A stretch of DNA of 64,000 nucleotides from Tubulanus polymorphus (Eukaryota; Animalia; Nemertea): assembly GCF_964204645.1 (NCBI RefSeq), contig NC_134030.1, positions 10,499,947 to 10,563,946 of the forward strand, given 5' to 3'. Made by a program: the position numbers and the translations under genes. Shown here piece by piece: positions 13,208-26,500 of this stretch. A model generated the notes under the pieces. It searched no databases. It was not told where the DNA came from and was given only the letters and a program-made list of their open reading frames with translations. Numbering within the stretch: the first letter of the stretch is position 1; every line of letters starts with the position of its first letter.

Positions 13208-13499
13208 CAGAGGCGGGTCCAGAGCTTATATTGAGGGGTAGCACCCGACAAGAAGGGCAAAAATTATTACAAAGAGGCACTACCCACGCGTAACGAAATG
13301 GGGGCTGTTGGCCCTCCCCTATGAACATTTCTAAAAATAAACCCCTGCAGATGAGATTTCCAAGGATTTGAGCTGGTTTCAACCAAAGAAAGATATTTAA
13401 AGGAGCCTTTCGAATTTTTGACGGGAATGATTTTCAGGGCCAACTGAAAATTTAGAGGGTAGCACATGCCCCAGGTGCTACCCCTTGGATCCGCGCCTG
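13208..13499 (+). mobile_element. MITE family A
   Basis: TIRs; flanks GTACG/GAACG. Confidence 0.82.
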
Positions 13500-13814
13500 G
13501 AACGCATCCGTCTATTTCGCCGAAAACGTATGGGGCACCGGTGGCCGAACAACATCTATATTTAACATAATATCATAATACATCATTTCGTAAATAGATC
13601 ATCAAAATTTGCACGAAGTAACGTAGCAAAAAACCAGGCATTGATATTCGGGAACGCGGCGATGTGTCCAACGGTCCTAGCGAGAGCCTTTCGTTTCGCT
13701 AACGGTAAAGATACGCGAGTACGTATTACTTTCCTTTTTGTTCTTCTTTGAGGGAGCCTGAAGCTTTACTTCCCTACGGTTGCCCCATAGTTATTTTTCA
13801 CATCGATATATTCG

Positions 13815-14238
13815 CATCCTCCCTCGGCCTGGATTCGAACCTGATGGCATCGTCAGACTCAGCCACGGCACGAAACCCTGTCACTCTACTGGACCGAATG
13901 CGCTGGTTTGCAGCGCGAAAACTTGCGGCGCCTATCAGATTGCCGGTTGTACAATCGGATAAACAATACAAAGAAAATCCAGGCTAAAATAAAATAGGAA
14001 ATCTCATTGGCTTACAATGGCATCAACCTAAGATGCGCATGAAATTGCGCAATCGGGCTGTGTGGATCGTACCGCATCCTCCCTCGGCAGGGATTCGAAT
14101 CTGATGGCATCGCAACACTCACCCACAAACTGTGGCAATATCGATGCATTTAGGTTCGAATCCCTGCTGGTGGAGGATGTTCGTATACCGTGACAAGTCT
14201 CGATGCCTTTAGGTTCGAATCCCTGCCGGGGTTGGATG
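13815..14238. mobile_element. MITE family B with a nested mini-copy (14075-14179)
   Basis: Core is inverted relative to the 7038 and 28876 copies; four B-box-like motifs. Confidence 0.82.
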
Positions 14239-17200
14239 ATGTATGTCTAAAACAAATTAACTTTGCATATTGTCATTACAAAACGGTTATCTCTTGATAT
14301 AGATGATTTAGGAAATTAATGAAATGAAATGAAAATACAGGCCCAGTATGAAATATCATTACCCAGAGATGCGTAGATGAATATGAATCAGCGGATATTG
14401 TAAAATACGCGATAGATAAAATTCTCCTGAAAATGAATTTTGGTATATGGAGTGTCATTCATCGGTGGTAATCAGTATATTGCTCTGGCGAATTAATATT
14501 TCATCGTTTCAACATAAAAAATTCGCGCGTCAGTAGTTTTTGAAATGTCGTCGTAATGAAACTACTCGAGAAACACTTATAAACAGTCGCCGGGCCAAGA
14601 GCTTTGAGTATCGAAGGCTAAGAGGCATAATCTCGGTATGATGCATCTCTTATGTTGGCGCATGATTATCAGGTACATGCGAAAGTGAAGTGGGTTACAT
14701 GGAGCATGCGGTGCATGGGTACCTGTATCAAGTTGCTCGTGAATATAAGTCTCCACAATGGGGAACCGGCACCGTTACTGTGATTCCAAGTATGGCAGGC
14801 GAGGATCCGCCAGGTTCGCTAGTGGTTACTCGGTTATCGCGCTTCAATTTCTCCTCCATTTCGATTGAATTAGAATCAACTTTGCTCATTAGTAAATCAA
14901 TTTCCAGTAAAGCTATACCCTACACAATTGAAAAGCCGGTGCCATTTCGCGATGACCGATATTTCGAAATACGTCACGAGCGAACTACAGTGCGTTAGGC
15001 CATTAAAAGTCTATCCCAGTGGTTTTGACCGCGGCATTTCACTCTCAAAGAGCCAGTATCAACAACAATTTAATTGATACTGACAGGTTTAAGTGGTCAA
15101 ACTCACCATGAGCATCGCTGACTCGCTTGACCCCAGCTGCTTGTTACTGTGGTTACAGGCAAGAGTGAATAAAGAGCAAAACTTTTCCAAGAAAATGAAG
15201 TAATAAGCAATGAAAATTCAGTTTTGAAGTCTTGTTGCATTCAAGAGTGAATATTTTCGCTGGATGCTGAAGTCGGTGTTTACATTATGAAGTGTCAAAA
15301 CCAATTTCCAAGTTGAAAGATTATATTTAGACGGTGTTTCAAGCAAAACAACAGCACTCGACTCATGAGATGATTCCAGATTATATATGCTCACACTCTG
15401 AAGAGTTTATAGATGTACAAAATCAATCAATCAGATTGAATTTGCCACATGACATGATTATTCCCAAAATGAAACTAAAAAATTCAAGAAAGGATTTTGT
15501 AAAATTATAAAAATTGGAATTTCATATCCTTTAATGAATGGCCAGGATGGTATATTATTCACTCTTGAATGCAGTAGTCGCTTGACCTCAATTACTCGTA
15601 AGGCTGAGTGATAGAAACCACAGGGATCCCGATATGTTAGTGTAACAACTCTTTGATGCACCGCGGTCATAACTACTGGGGACTCTACGAAAGTTTGCCC
15701 TCGATGCCGACCGGGATCGAATCCCTGTCGAGGGAGGATTTCCCAACACGGCCAATATAGAATTGTTGTTCACCCTCGCTTTGTCCTACTGACATGCACA
15801 TGCATCCTCGGGCCAGGCAGACCAGAGCCAATCTTGAAAATAGCAACATGTATAAAACATGTAGTTGTTACCCATGTGATTACGAAATGCCATTCAATTC
15901 GCAAAATAAACGGATATGCAGTATATAATATAACTCGCCCAACTCGGATCAGTTTTATTCGAAAATTTCCAGTCACAGGTGATCCGAATTAAGCGAGTTC
16001 TACATAAAAATCACATTTACACCTAAACATTTTTTCGTCAATCTTAACCGCGTTATATTCTGTGTCAATCACATCTCGGAATAGAATTTACTTTCACATT
16101 CTCATTTGGCGTGATGCGATAAAAACATTAGCGCGAGACAACATACGTCCCATTAAGAATAAACGTCGCCCGGTTTACGACTACACCGAGCTTTCTACAT
16201 CAACGCGCAGTTTCCTCTAATGCAAAAACAGCAGGCAATACAGATGTAATTTTGTTTGATTTCCCAGCGGGTGTCGCCGCCGATGATAAATTCTACTATA
16301 GTTTCCGTCGGCGACGATGAAACAATCTGTTTCGGGCCGCGTAGAATAGATGGATATATTAGATGGTAATGTTTCGTATAGAAGGTCGTTACGGAGTATA
16401 TTAGGCTACGGTTTATGACACGTGTTAATGATAAACTATCCAGTTCCATCTCGCGGGATAAGTCGTTAGAAATATTCGCCGATGCCGCGGAAACAGCGAC
16501 AGATCGCGGCAATTTGTAACGGTAAATCGACGGTGTCATCTTTTATCAATTTTTCACATAGTTCCGTTGACAGATGACGGCGCATCGAGGAAAGATTATA
16601 CTTATCCTTCGCAGGACTATGAAATATGAAAGGCGTTGTTGCAGTAGCCCGTTCCACAGCTTCGGCCCAAATTTTCAAGAGATTTTCCAGACAACCTCCA
16701 CGAGCGCTTGAACTATGGATGTATACATATCGTTACGTTACGTTACGTTATTATACTATACTCAGTGTCTGTTCAAGGTATCTATCTAAACTAAGAGGCT
16801 GTCCGTTCATAGGCCTAGGGCCTTCTGTTGATGGTGAATAATGACGTGCTATCAATTGAGGTTACGTATCAGCAAAATGAAACACAGCCATACTCGCCGG
16901 TTTTAGGGATTCGACATTACTTTCACAAATAATGATTCCAGACAATTCATAATAGTCTAAAAAGGCCCTAAACTCTAGAACTCTGTATCAAATAATCTAA
17001 AATCATGTAGTTCTTAAAAAATCATGTAGTATTAAAAACTATTTGCATGTTTTATCATACATGTATTTCGTTGGTCCATCGATGGAATTTGACGGTTCCG
17101 GCAACATCTACACCGAATGAATCTCTAGTCTTCTGTTATGCAAAAATCATTTCTCAGATTTGCAACAATGCGAAATAAGAGCGATATAGAAATAATTTCT

Positions 17201-17882
17201 GAAAAATTATTTCCAGAAATAATTTTCTAAAAAAATTCTAACATTTCAAGACCTGTGCGCAAAAACGAGGCGACAAGAACACGGCTACAGTCGCCTCGTT
17301 ATACACCTAACCGACGACGTTGCTGTCCTAAATCACTGAACAAAAAAAGGTCGACATTCATACGTCCACCATCTGTATTCATCAAATTAGCTGTTTCTGG
17401 TGATCTCCTAGTCGTGCATCGGCTCGTAAAATAATGTGTCCTCATTTGGTTCCCGCGCGCACATACACGCCACGTAAAATCATTACGCAAATTACGTGAT
17501 TATCCTAACGCCATTAGTAACACTTTAGCGCGCGCGCACAATCTGCAGGCCATAACGATCAAGATACCGCGATGCACATACGCATCACAGCAGTCCTACC
17601 CTTTTTACGAGACAGACAAACCAGATGTTTTTGCTTCAGCCGTAGCTAACTCAAATCATACGGAGCCCCGGCGGTGACATGGTGAGAAATAGATATTTTT
17701 CTCGTTCGAACGAAATGTTATTCGCGAGAACGAAATCTTTTTCGCGGGTACAATCACAAGAACGAGAAGCAACGCAACTCTAAACTACTTCAAGTCATAC
17801 AAAGATTCGTTTCAGGAGACGTGTGTTAACCGGGTGAATAAATACAACAAGACGAGTGTTATTATTCATGATTATCATTATC

Positions 17883-18070
17883 AACTAATATTCTACTTGA
17901 CGCGCGAGAGCTTTCACTCCCAATACATAGTATTCTGAAATGTCGGCTTCATCCTCCCACTCGCTTTCGCTACTAATGTACAGTAGCTTCATCATCACTG
18001 ACTATACTTATTCACCTGATAAAGCTACTATACATTAGTAGCGAAAGCTCGTGCGTCAAATAACATAGTT
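17883..18070. mobile_element. palindromic MITE
   Basis: Nested inverted repeats GCTTTCGCTACTAATGTA..TACATTAGTAGCGAAAGC. Confidence 0.6.
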
Positions 18071-21034
18071 AACCGGTCTTTCGGGAGCTTGTGGCTCCGC
18101 GAGCTTCTCGCGATTGCGTGGACTAACGTCGATTAGTACATCGAGGTCGATGCATGCATTTTCATCCGAATGGATCGTAACCCGCTGTTTTCGGACACAC
18201 GTCGGGCAAATCCGAGAGCCCACACTATAACGCCCCGAGTCTCGCTCGTTGAACTCGCGCCTGCTAGATACATTTTACTTCCATTTTTCCGGATAACGGA
18301 AGCATCCTGGGGACATATTCATAAAGGGGTCTTGTTTTTTTCATAGGAATAGATTTTAATGTTTGAGTTAGCATAACTCAGAATAAACTAGAGTTTTATA
18401 TTTAACAATTTCAGTGCGTCTACACCGCAGTGCGGTGTATACATCTATTATGCACTTTGCTAGTACACCGCATCGCAGTGAAGTAATGGGCAGTACTTCT
18501 CAAACACAGTTGAATGTTAGTAACTAACGATAAACCGCACTGTGGTGTAGACACAATTAAGCGGTATGCTTGCCATTCAACACACTGAGGTGGAATCTGT
18601 AAAAATTTGCAAATTATCTGAATGAGTTTAAAGTAGATTTCCGAGGTTAACTGCGGGTAAACAAAAACACCTCGAAATCATTGTTACAATTCAATGAGCC
18701 CGGAATGTTACGTCGTATGTACGTACATATAGTCTACCTATGCCTGTCTGCTGGCTTGCTAATCAATACAGCTAGTAAATAAATCAAACGACCCGCTGCG
18801 ACGACGCCATTAAATTCTAAAGGACGTGCATTTAAAACTACATTTTATCGAAATCCGATACATTTTAATTATCGCTCCGCGTCGAATTTGCATTGAAATA
18901 TGACGTCATACGCGTCAATATTTATTAGCCGGAATAGCGTAGAGCTTCCCGGTGCTGTTACTAATTATCCACGAGTACCATTCGATTGACTTCGATGAAT
19001 TCTATCGGCCCCATATACGTGATTGATAATTAGAAGAAAAAAATTCCCGAGCAACCGCGAGAACTCGAACGTGCCTAGTGATCATAGACGGTTGATAAAT
19101 TCACTTCGATTGCTGAATATCTTATGAAAGCTGGAAATCATTTATTTCATGACGGTCGCGATGTTTTAACTTTTTAATTACAGTCGTTTTAATTAGGGCG
19201 CATTCAAACTGTGGATGCTTCACTCAGGAATCATATATATTCGTTGATTTACTGATTCGAAGGTATAAGCGTACATAGGCGGCCATCGCTGTACACAAAT
19301 CCCTCAGCTTGTGGGCATTTTTAGAAGACGTGTATAGCTGTGTCTCCTTCTTAAGGGGGGAGGCCAGAGAGAAGTCGACCAAGAATCCACTGCTTTCTAC
19401 CGCCAGCTAGATTCGTACCCATATCATATATCATTATCTGCCATCAAAGAGAACCATAGACTCATATGCAGGCCTCTTAAGTGTAAATATTTTGTGTTTT
19501 TAGTGAAGAACGTACTTAACATCTCTCTTGAATTGTTCTTTATAAGGGTGTCGCCATAATAAAAGTCCTACTTAACGTTTCATGGTTTTGTCAAAATGTT
19601 TCTAAGTATTTAGTTTTTCTGTTGTTGTTGTCGAAAAATATCAACGCTCTCCATATCCATTTTTGCGCACTTTTAAGTTGCCCGCGAAGATCGACCAACC
19701 GAGTACCTACTGGTGACTGAACCTTTGAAGATACTAAGCCTCACAAAAGAGCGTCGAAACATAGAAATATAGGGTGAAGTATCATGAATTGTTAAGATAA
19801 ATTATGATGAATAGGTGAACTATAACACGCGTGAAATCGCCCTACCATTCGCAAACTACAGCGCTGCACCGAACAACATATTCCAATCGACGGCAATGAC
19901 CGGCGTTTTGTAGCCATCTTTAATCGCGAGAATTACGTTCTCAGCGATGCGGAAAATCGATACTAAATCAGGCGGAAAGTTAAAACAGTGATTTGATGCC
20001 CGGCGTTCGGAGTCCTTATACGTCTTCTTTCCTTTTGAAAGCAGCCATAGTTGTTTTATTCGTGGGCATGTTTTTGTGGTAAGGCCACGACGCTGGGTTA
20101 TCTTTGTTCCGCGTACGTCGCCGCAACTGACGGTATTTGTCCAAGTCATATCTGCATATCCTATACAGCCTGAAGCATAAAACCGAGTACGTTCAGTGTT
20201 GAGCTATTCGAAGCGATATCTCCTAATTCACAATGGACATTTAGACGTATAAAAGCTGTTGTCTCAACGCTCGAAAGTGTGGGGTGTTGGTAAAAGCCAA
20301 TTATCCCCGCGATCGAGGAAAACTTGATATTTTCTTTATATTCTATTTTATTTTATTTTATATTTATCACACATAGGATTATCATTTGCATATGTCAGAA
20401 GAGATATCTACATGCGAAAGAAAGTTATCATTTATTTCTTTTTTTTCGTTTGTCGCAACGTCTCCCATAGATATGTCGATTTCCGGTCGCGAAATTAACC
20501 GCTACAGCAGTGGCAAGCGATGTTTTATGTTATTACATATAATTTTCTAGAGCGCAGGAAATTGAGAGAGGTCTCCCGCACCTCCCCGGTCCAATTAAGG
20601 TGACATTTACGGGTTCTATATAATATTCTCAGAGAAAAATCTATATATACAGGTTAGGTAATATAATGTAACTAGTCTTGAACGAAAGACGTCACCTTTA
20701 ATCTAAACGATATCAAGTTATCAAGTTGAAATGACACGCAGAAAATTCTTCGAAGAAAATTGGATTTTTCCCCGAGTGATATGACTGATTTGAAAATGTT
20801 CATAAACAATACGCTAAAAGTGTCAATATTGAAAGTGTCAATATTCTTCACCTTTTTGCATTTCATTACGTATTTTGCTCAATGAATTGTTAGATCGGCA
20901 CTCGTTCTATATTCGCTATTCGCAAAAGGTGATTTAGGTTTTGATGTCATCAATCAGCGACTTAGTCATTCAGCAATCGATGTTGCTAAAGTCGGGCGGA
21001 GACGGACGAACCCCCAAATGTAACAGGAAGAAAT

Positions 21035-21102
21035 ATCTGTACGAACTCTCGATGCCTGGCGTCCAAGGCAGACGCTCTACCGCTGAGCCAAAGAGTTCAG
21101 CC
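21035..21102 (-). mobile_element. tRNA-derived SINE head remnant
   Basis: TGGCTCAGCGGTAGAGCGTCTGCC (A box) followed by a degenerate B box GAGTTCGTAC. Confidence 0.55.
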
Positions 21103-22026
21103 TATAGTTACGAACTGCTTTTGACTCGTTGCGTCGTAAAGACCCATGAATTACGCTACCCCGCGACTATGAGTGACAGCGGTCGCGCACCTTCTAAGAC
21201 TTCATGGCCCAATTGGGGAATACATCTCTCAAGGCTTTGAAATCTTAGACTCCGGTAGCTAAAAATAAACCGATGTTGATCTTCTTATTGTTATTTCAAT
21301 GTGAAATGTTTATGGTTTGTAAATACTATTTTGTAAATATCACTCTGTCCATCTTGGCCCGAAAGGGTGTATTTAGTACAATAAGGAGATTATTGAATTG
21401 AATTGCTCTGGGATGTGTGGCAATCGTCTATCCCATCAGTGGACCACTTACGCACAGATTTTCGACCAGTTGCAACCGTGTCGCAAGCAGCCGCGAGTCG
21501 ACCTACACCCGCCTTGAGCTTCACAAGTATGCGCAATAGTCGTTCAGCTGATAACTTTTCCGCTTTTTTCGGTCTCAAGATTTGGAAAATCTGATCCTTC
21601 TTTGAGATTTTGATACGTAGAATGAAGAGTGTAAAGTTCTCTTCACATCATTAGGTATTTGAACAAGAGTTATTCCAAGTGTGACAGTAATGTTGTACAC
21701 GACAGCTTCATCTTACTCTATACGTACGTGTACATCAATTATATAAATCAGTGAGTCAAGTTGTCTTCGGTAATTAGTGATTAGTGACGACTAATGTAAT
21801 GTATAAATACATAAGACCTTCGCGAGTACCGATGATTTCTTGTTCGCGTTAACAACATGTCCTCCGTGACCGTCTGTAGATACGGAATGACGGTTATTCA
21901 GAAGCCTTGATGTGGTTCGAGTGTAAAATACGGGGTAATAGTGCATGGGAGGGTTTAGGACATCCCATACGTTGGTTGGGATTCTTCATTTTAACGTAAT
22001 AAGACCCAGCGACTGTAGAGCGATAA

Positions 22027-22445
22027 TCCAGCCATCCAGTCATCTAGTCGGCCAGTCATCCAGACATCCAGTCATCTAGTCATTGAGCCATTCGGTCATC
22101 TAGTCGGTCAGTCGTCCAGTCACCCAGTCGGCCAGCCATCCAGTTAGTCATCTAGTGGGTCAGTCGTCCAGTCTCCAAGTCATGCAGTCACCTAGTCGAC
22201 CAGTCATCCAGACATCCTATCATCTAGTCGACCAGTCATCCAGTTGGCCAGTCATCCAGTCGGCCAGTCATCCAGTCAGCCAGTCATCCAGACATCCTGT
22301 CATCTAGTCGACCAGTCATCCAGTCGGCCAGTCATCCAGAAATCCCGTTATCTAGCTGACCAGTCATCTAGTCGGCCAGTCATCCAGTCGCCCAGTCATA
22401 CAATCGTCCAATCATCTAGTCACGCATTCATCCATTCAACCGGTC
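22027..22445. repeat. minisatellite of CCAGTCAT/CTAGTCGG units
   Basis: Dozens of degenerate 8-nt units. Confidence 0.9.
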
Positions 22446-23314
22446 AGCTGAGCATATACTATGTTGTGCGGATAAATGCAAATAATAATTTGAACTATTT
22501 TATCGGATTCTACATTTGGGCTCCATTACTTGCCGAATCCTATCATAGGAAACCAGCTCTTTTATACGTTAAACTCTGATTACGACACATTCAAATGAGT
22601 TCATAGGAAGTATAAGTTAATTACCTAATCGTTGGCAGTAAGCTTTTATAAGTGGATAGGCTTACATCAACTTATGCGGTTTGCGAAAATATCCAATAGT
22701 GAAACTTAACGACAGACAGGTTTCTGGCTATAGGAGTACCTAATACACGCACGTAAAAGAACCCATAGCGCAAAGAGGATTTGTTAGTCTCTATGTGAGA
22801 GATAAGTTTCCATTTCAAATTAAACCACGCAGTCTGTTAAAATACGCTCACATTCACTGTAGTCACGACATCGAAGAAGAAACCGACTCGTAGTAGGGCA
22901 TTTAAAAGTGCATCGTATAAATACATTAATAACGCATTTATGTAAACGTGATTTTTCATCGGCTATATCGAGGGGCTGGGGCGGCTGTCTGTACACTGAC
23001 GGCTCGGGTTTACTGATGAATTTGTCGCTGGTAAATATTGCAGGTAGTCGTTGTTTGTGTTAGCGACGATCCCAGACGGTAAAGATCAAATATTCGCGAT
23101 AGTTCTAGTTTTTTACGCGAATAGAAATGAGTAATTTTACATCTCTGGGTGCACCCTTGGTGCTTAAGTTAAGTAACGTCAAATAGAGTTGGTCTACAGC
23201 ATATTTTCACTTACAAAAAAGATATATACATGTACCAAGACTTCTAGCCGACGAAGCTGTCTACAGTGGCTTGTATTCTCTGTATATCCAGCGGAGTCAG
23301 ACTGATCGTCAATG

Positions 23315-23574
23315 GTCGCGATCACACGAGCGTTTTTGGCCCGACCAAAAACGTCGGACCAGGTCCGAGGCAAATTTTAGCACGGGGCAAAGGATTGCCT
23401 TTGAATTGCATCTGGTTCCGGAAATGACTCGCTTCGCGTTTTTCAAGCATTGTTTAGTATCGATTGAGTTGTTTGCGTTTGAGCGCGCTCTATTTTTAGG
23501 TACGGGCCAAATTTGGCTCGGGTCTGATCCGCGCCAATGTGGGTCGGGCCAAATCGTCTCCGTGTGATCGGGGC
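23315..23574. mobile_element. PIF/Harbinger-like MITE
   Basis: CGATCACACG...CGTGTGATCG termini; related to 1584-1868 in inverted orientation. Confidence 0.7.
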
Positions 23575-26500
23575 TTATATTGTTCATCCAAGCTGCATTT
23601 ATATACCAGTATAGAAAGTAAGATATACGTTGTTAATTCCTATCATTGATCTAAGCGCCAGAGGTGCGTATTGTCTATTTATTTCTACCTGTGATATCAC
23701 CTGTCTGTGCACAAGAATAAGCCTTTTTACAGTTTCCTGAGAATTAGGCCCTAATCGTCTCAATAATTCCCTCTTAGAATTTTGAGTAATTAATCAACGC
23801 TCCGTAGATTTACTATCAATCTTCCACGAGAAAGTGCCACTAGTTCACGAGGCTGTTTTTCCGAACCATGGATACAACTGGTACGATATTGGTTATATCT
23901 TTATTTCTTTTTGATTTATTGGCGATTGCATTTCAATTCCTTCATCGAAACTCGTTTATCGTTACGTAAAATACCCGATTCCAAGAGCTACAAAACAAAA
24001 AAAAAAAACACGTGCAAAGGAGGGGTTAGTATTTGTAAAAAGACCCAGAGGCCCTGTCACTAGAACCTTGGAATCATAGGGGCCGGGTTTGAGGTGAGAA
24101 TTCTATAAAATAACATCATTTCGATTAATTGATATTCAAACTGATTATTATACTATATTATCTATTATATACTGATATTATATAAACTGATATATACCTG
24201 ATCTTCAAACATTTGCATGATACTAATTCATCGTCATTTTTTCACCATAGCATCCTTTATCTCTTGTTTTTATTTTGGTTTTTCTTTTAATTTCATGTTT
24301 TGTCAGGGTGTCTGAACATCCTTTTGGATATGCAGCCTTTAAGGCTCTGCTCAGGTTCCTGTCATTAGCTGTATATGCACCTCATCGTTCGTGAATAAAT
24401 TTCTTATTATTAATTGTGTACATATTCATGGTGACAAATAAATTACTGTTACTATTACGATGATGTCTCAACGATGGGGATGATCGCCACCCGCACCCGA
24501 GGAGCCATACACTCCTTGTAGCTTATTCACACAGAATTGGAATGTACGCAAATGTTACTTACAAAGCCACAAAGTCAGCGTGTTTCGAGGCCCGAGGCCT
24601 CAGATTATAGCGGCTCTGTTCTATGTATCAATTTAGGTTAGTAGGCCTACAAATACACCGTGCGAATGAAGAAAGAAGAAATCTCAATATCTCGAGGATA
24701 GTTATCGCATTTTTTCTTCAATCGTTCTAAAATGTCATCAACGCCTTGTGGCGTATTCTAAGAAAAAATGTGTTTGCCAAACAGGAAATGAAGTCGCCGT
24801 GCGTAGCTTGAAGCACCCTCCCCGGCTGCGGAAGTGATCCGACGACTGTGAAGGCCGCTTTTGAAATGTAGAATTCAAAGGAAATATAACAACGTAAAAT
24901 GATAATCTTAACGTGTGATGGAATCTTGGCAGACAAAAAATGAAATCAAGATTACATGAAAGTTGAAAATGACGAGCCTTTATGTCCATATAGTTCGATC
25001 CGTGAACTTCTGCAGATGAGACCAACAAAGTAACAGCCCCAAAGTACTGTGGCAACCGAGGATTCCGCGAGTATCCGCCAGGTTCGCTAGTGGTTACTCA
25101 TACGTCGACCTCCTTTTAAGTTCTTCTAAAATTCAATTGAATTGCATATTCCGCACGCAAATTTATCCCAATATAGGGTATATACATTTTCATTAATTCT
25201 ATTCCATTCGCGATTTAGAGATGAAAGACGCTCTGTGGTCACCCGGATAAGCTAGGCCCACATATGATACATGATATTTGAAAAAAAATATATTTGTGTA
25301 TGAGTTGAGTGAATCGGTGTATGCTAGGGGATTAGAGATTTTATAAGCCTTCATTGGCTTCATCTAATCTCCTCCACATTATATTAAAACATTTCATATT
25401 TGTATATCTCTTTATGACATGTTGTAATTTTATTGTGGAAATAAATTTATTAATTAATTATTAATATTGTGTCGTTGTCGTTGTAGTGTAGTGCGGCTTA
25501 ATGCATCAGTTAGATGAGAAAAATACCCACAGGAAACATTGAATTGAATCCGAGATGAAATATAGCCACTCCAGTTCGCTACGTTGTCTGCGTTGTCTAA
25601 CACGATTCGCCTGTTGCATAATGCATGCGTTCCTAGTTGCAGGACACTGGCAGTAGATATATAGTCGACGAATTAATCGAAGATTTTGGCAAGCAACGTA
25701 CGAGATTTTAATGTCGCGCTAACAAATCACGTGGAAAAGCATCTATCGTAGGCCAAGGACGTCGTCGTTCGTAATAGTGCACGGAGCGGAAATTGACTTC
25801 GACGATGCGCGTTGTGACATACGCTTGGGTAACCTTGACATTGGTTCGGGTTTATGAATATACCCGAGGTATTCATAACCATTCCGGATTTAATTAACAG
25901 CGCGATTCGTTAGCTATACGGACATGCCGGTATGATAGTGTGTTGAATACCGATGCTTTCAATTTGAAAACACAACACCGCGTGATAACACTGACGTCAT
26001 CGAAAAGAGTTGGCCAAGAAATACGGCACCAGTCGTTCGCCGATTCAGGCAGGGTGAATCCTATATCTCCAATTATACATATTCGGTTAAACAGAAAATA
26101 TGCGTGTACGTAAATTCGACCGACCATCCAACTATTCCGATTTCAAAATCATGTCCCCAGTTTCGATCCCGGCATGTGTGGCTTATCAGAGAGACCAAAT
26201 CAGAAAATCAGTTGAATGAACAAGAGGGACTACTGTGTCTATGTCTTACAAAAAAAAAACAGAAATCACTTTGTTATCGACATGGGGATTCGAAACACTA
26301 TGTCATTTTTTATTCCAAGACAGGGATTGATCCTCATTCATTTCATTGGTAGATTTCCTGTTGGATTTGTTTTGGTTTGGCGTCCCGTACAAACCCACCA
26401 CACCTACCGGGAGCGAAACAGGGGGATTTTGGAATCGGATATCGAAGTACAGATACAGTTGTGTGATCGGCGGTCGAATTAACAGCATTTTTTGTTAAAA

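Noticed and set aside
15050-15570. CpG-poor segment suggesting a decayed transposase
   Set aside because: The frame I translated had multiple stops and no recognisable motif; needs TBLASTX.
22244-22579. 111-aa Ser/Gln/Pro-repeat ORF
   Set aside because: By-product of the minisatellite; non-ATG start and no gene signals.
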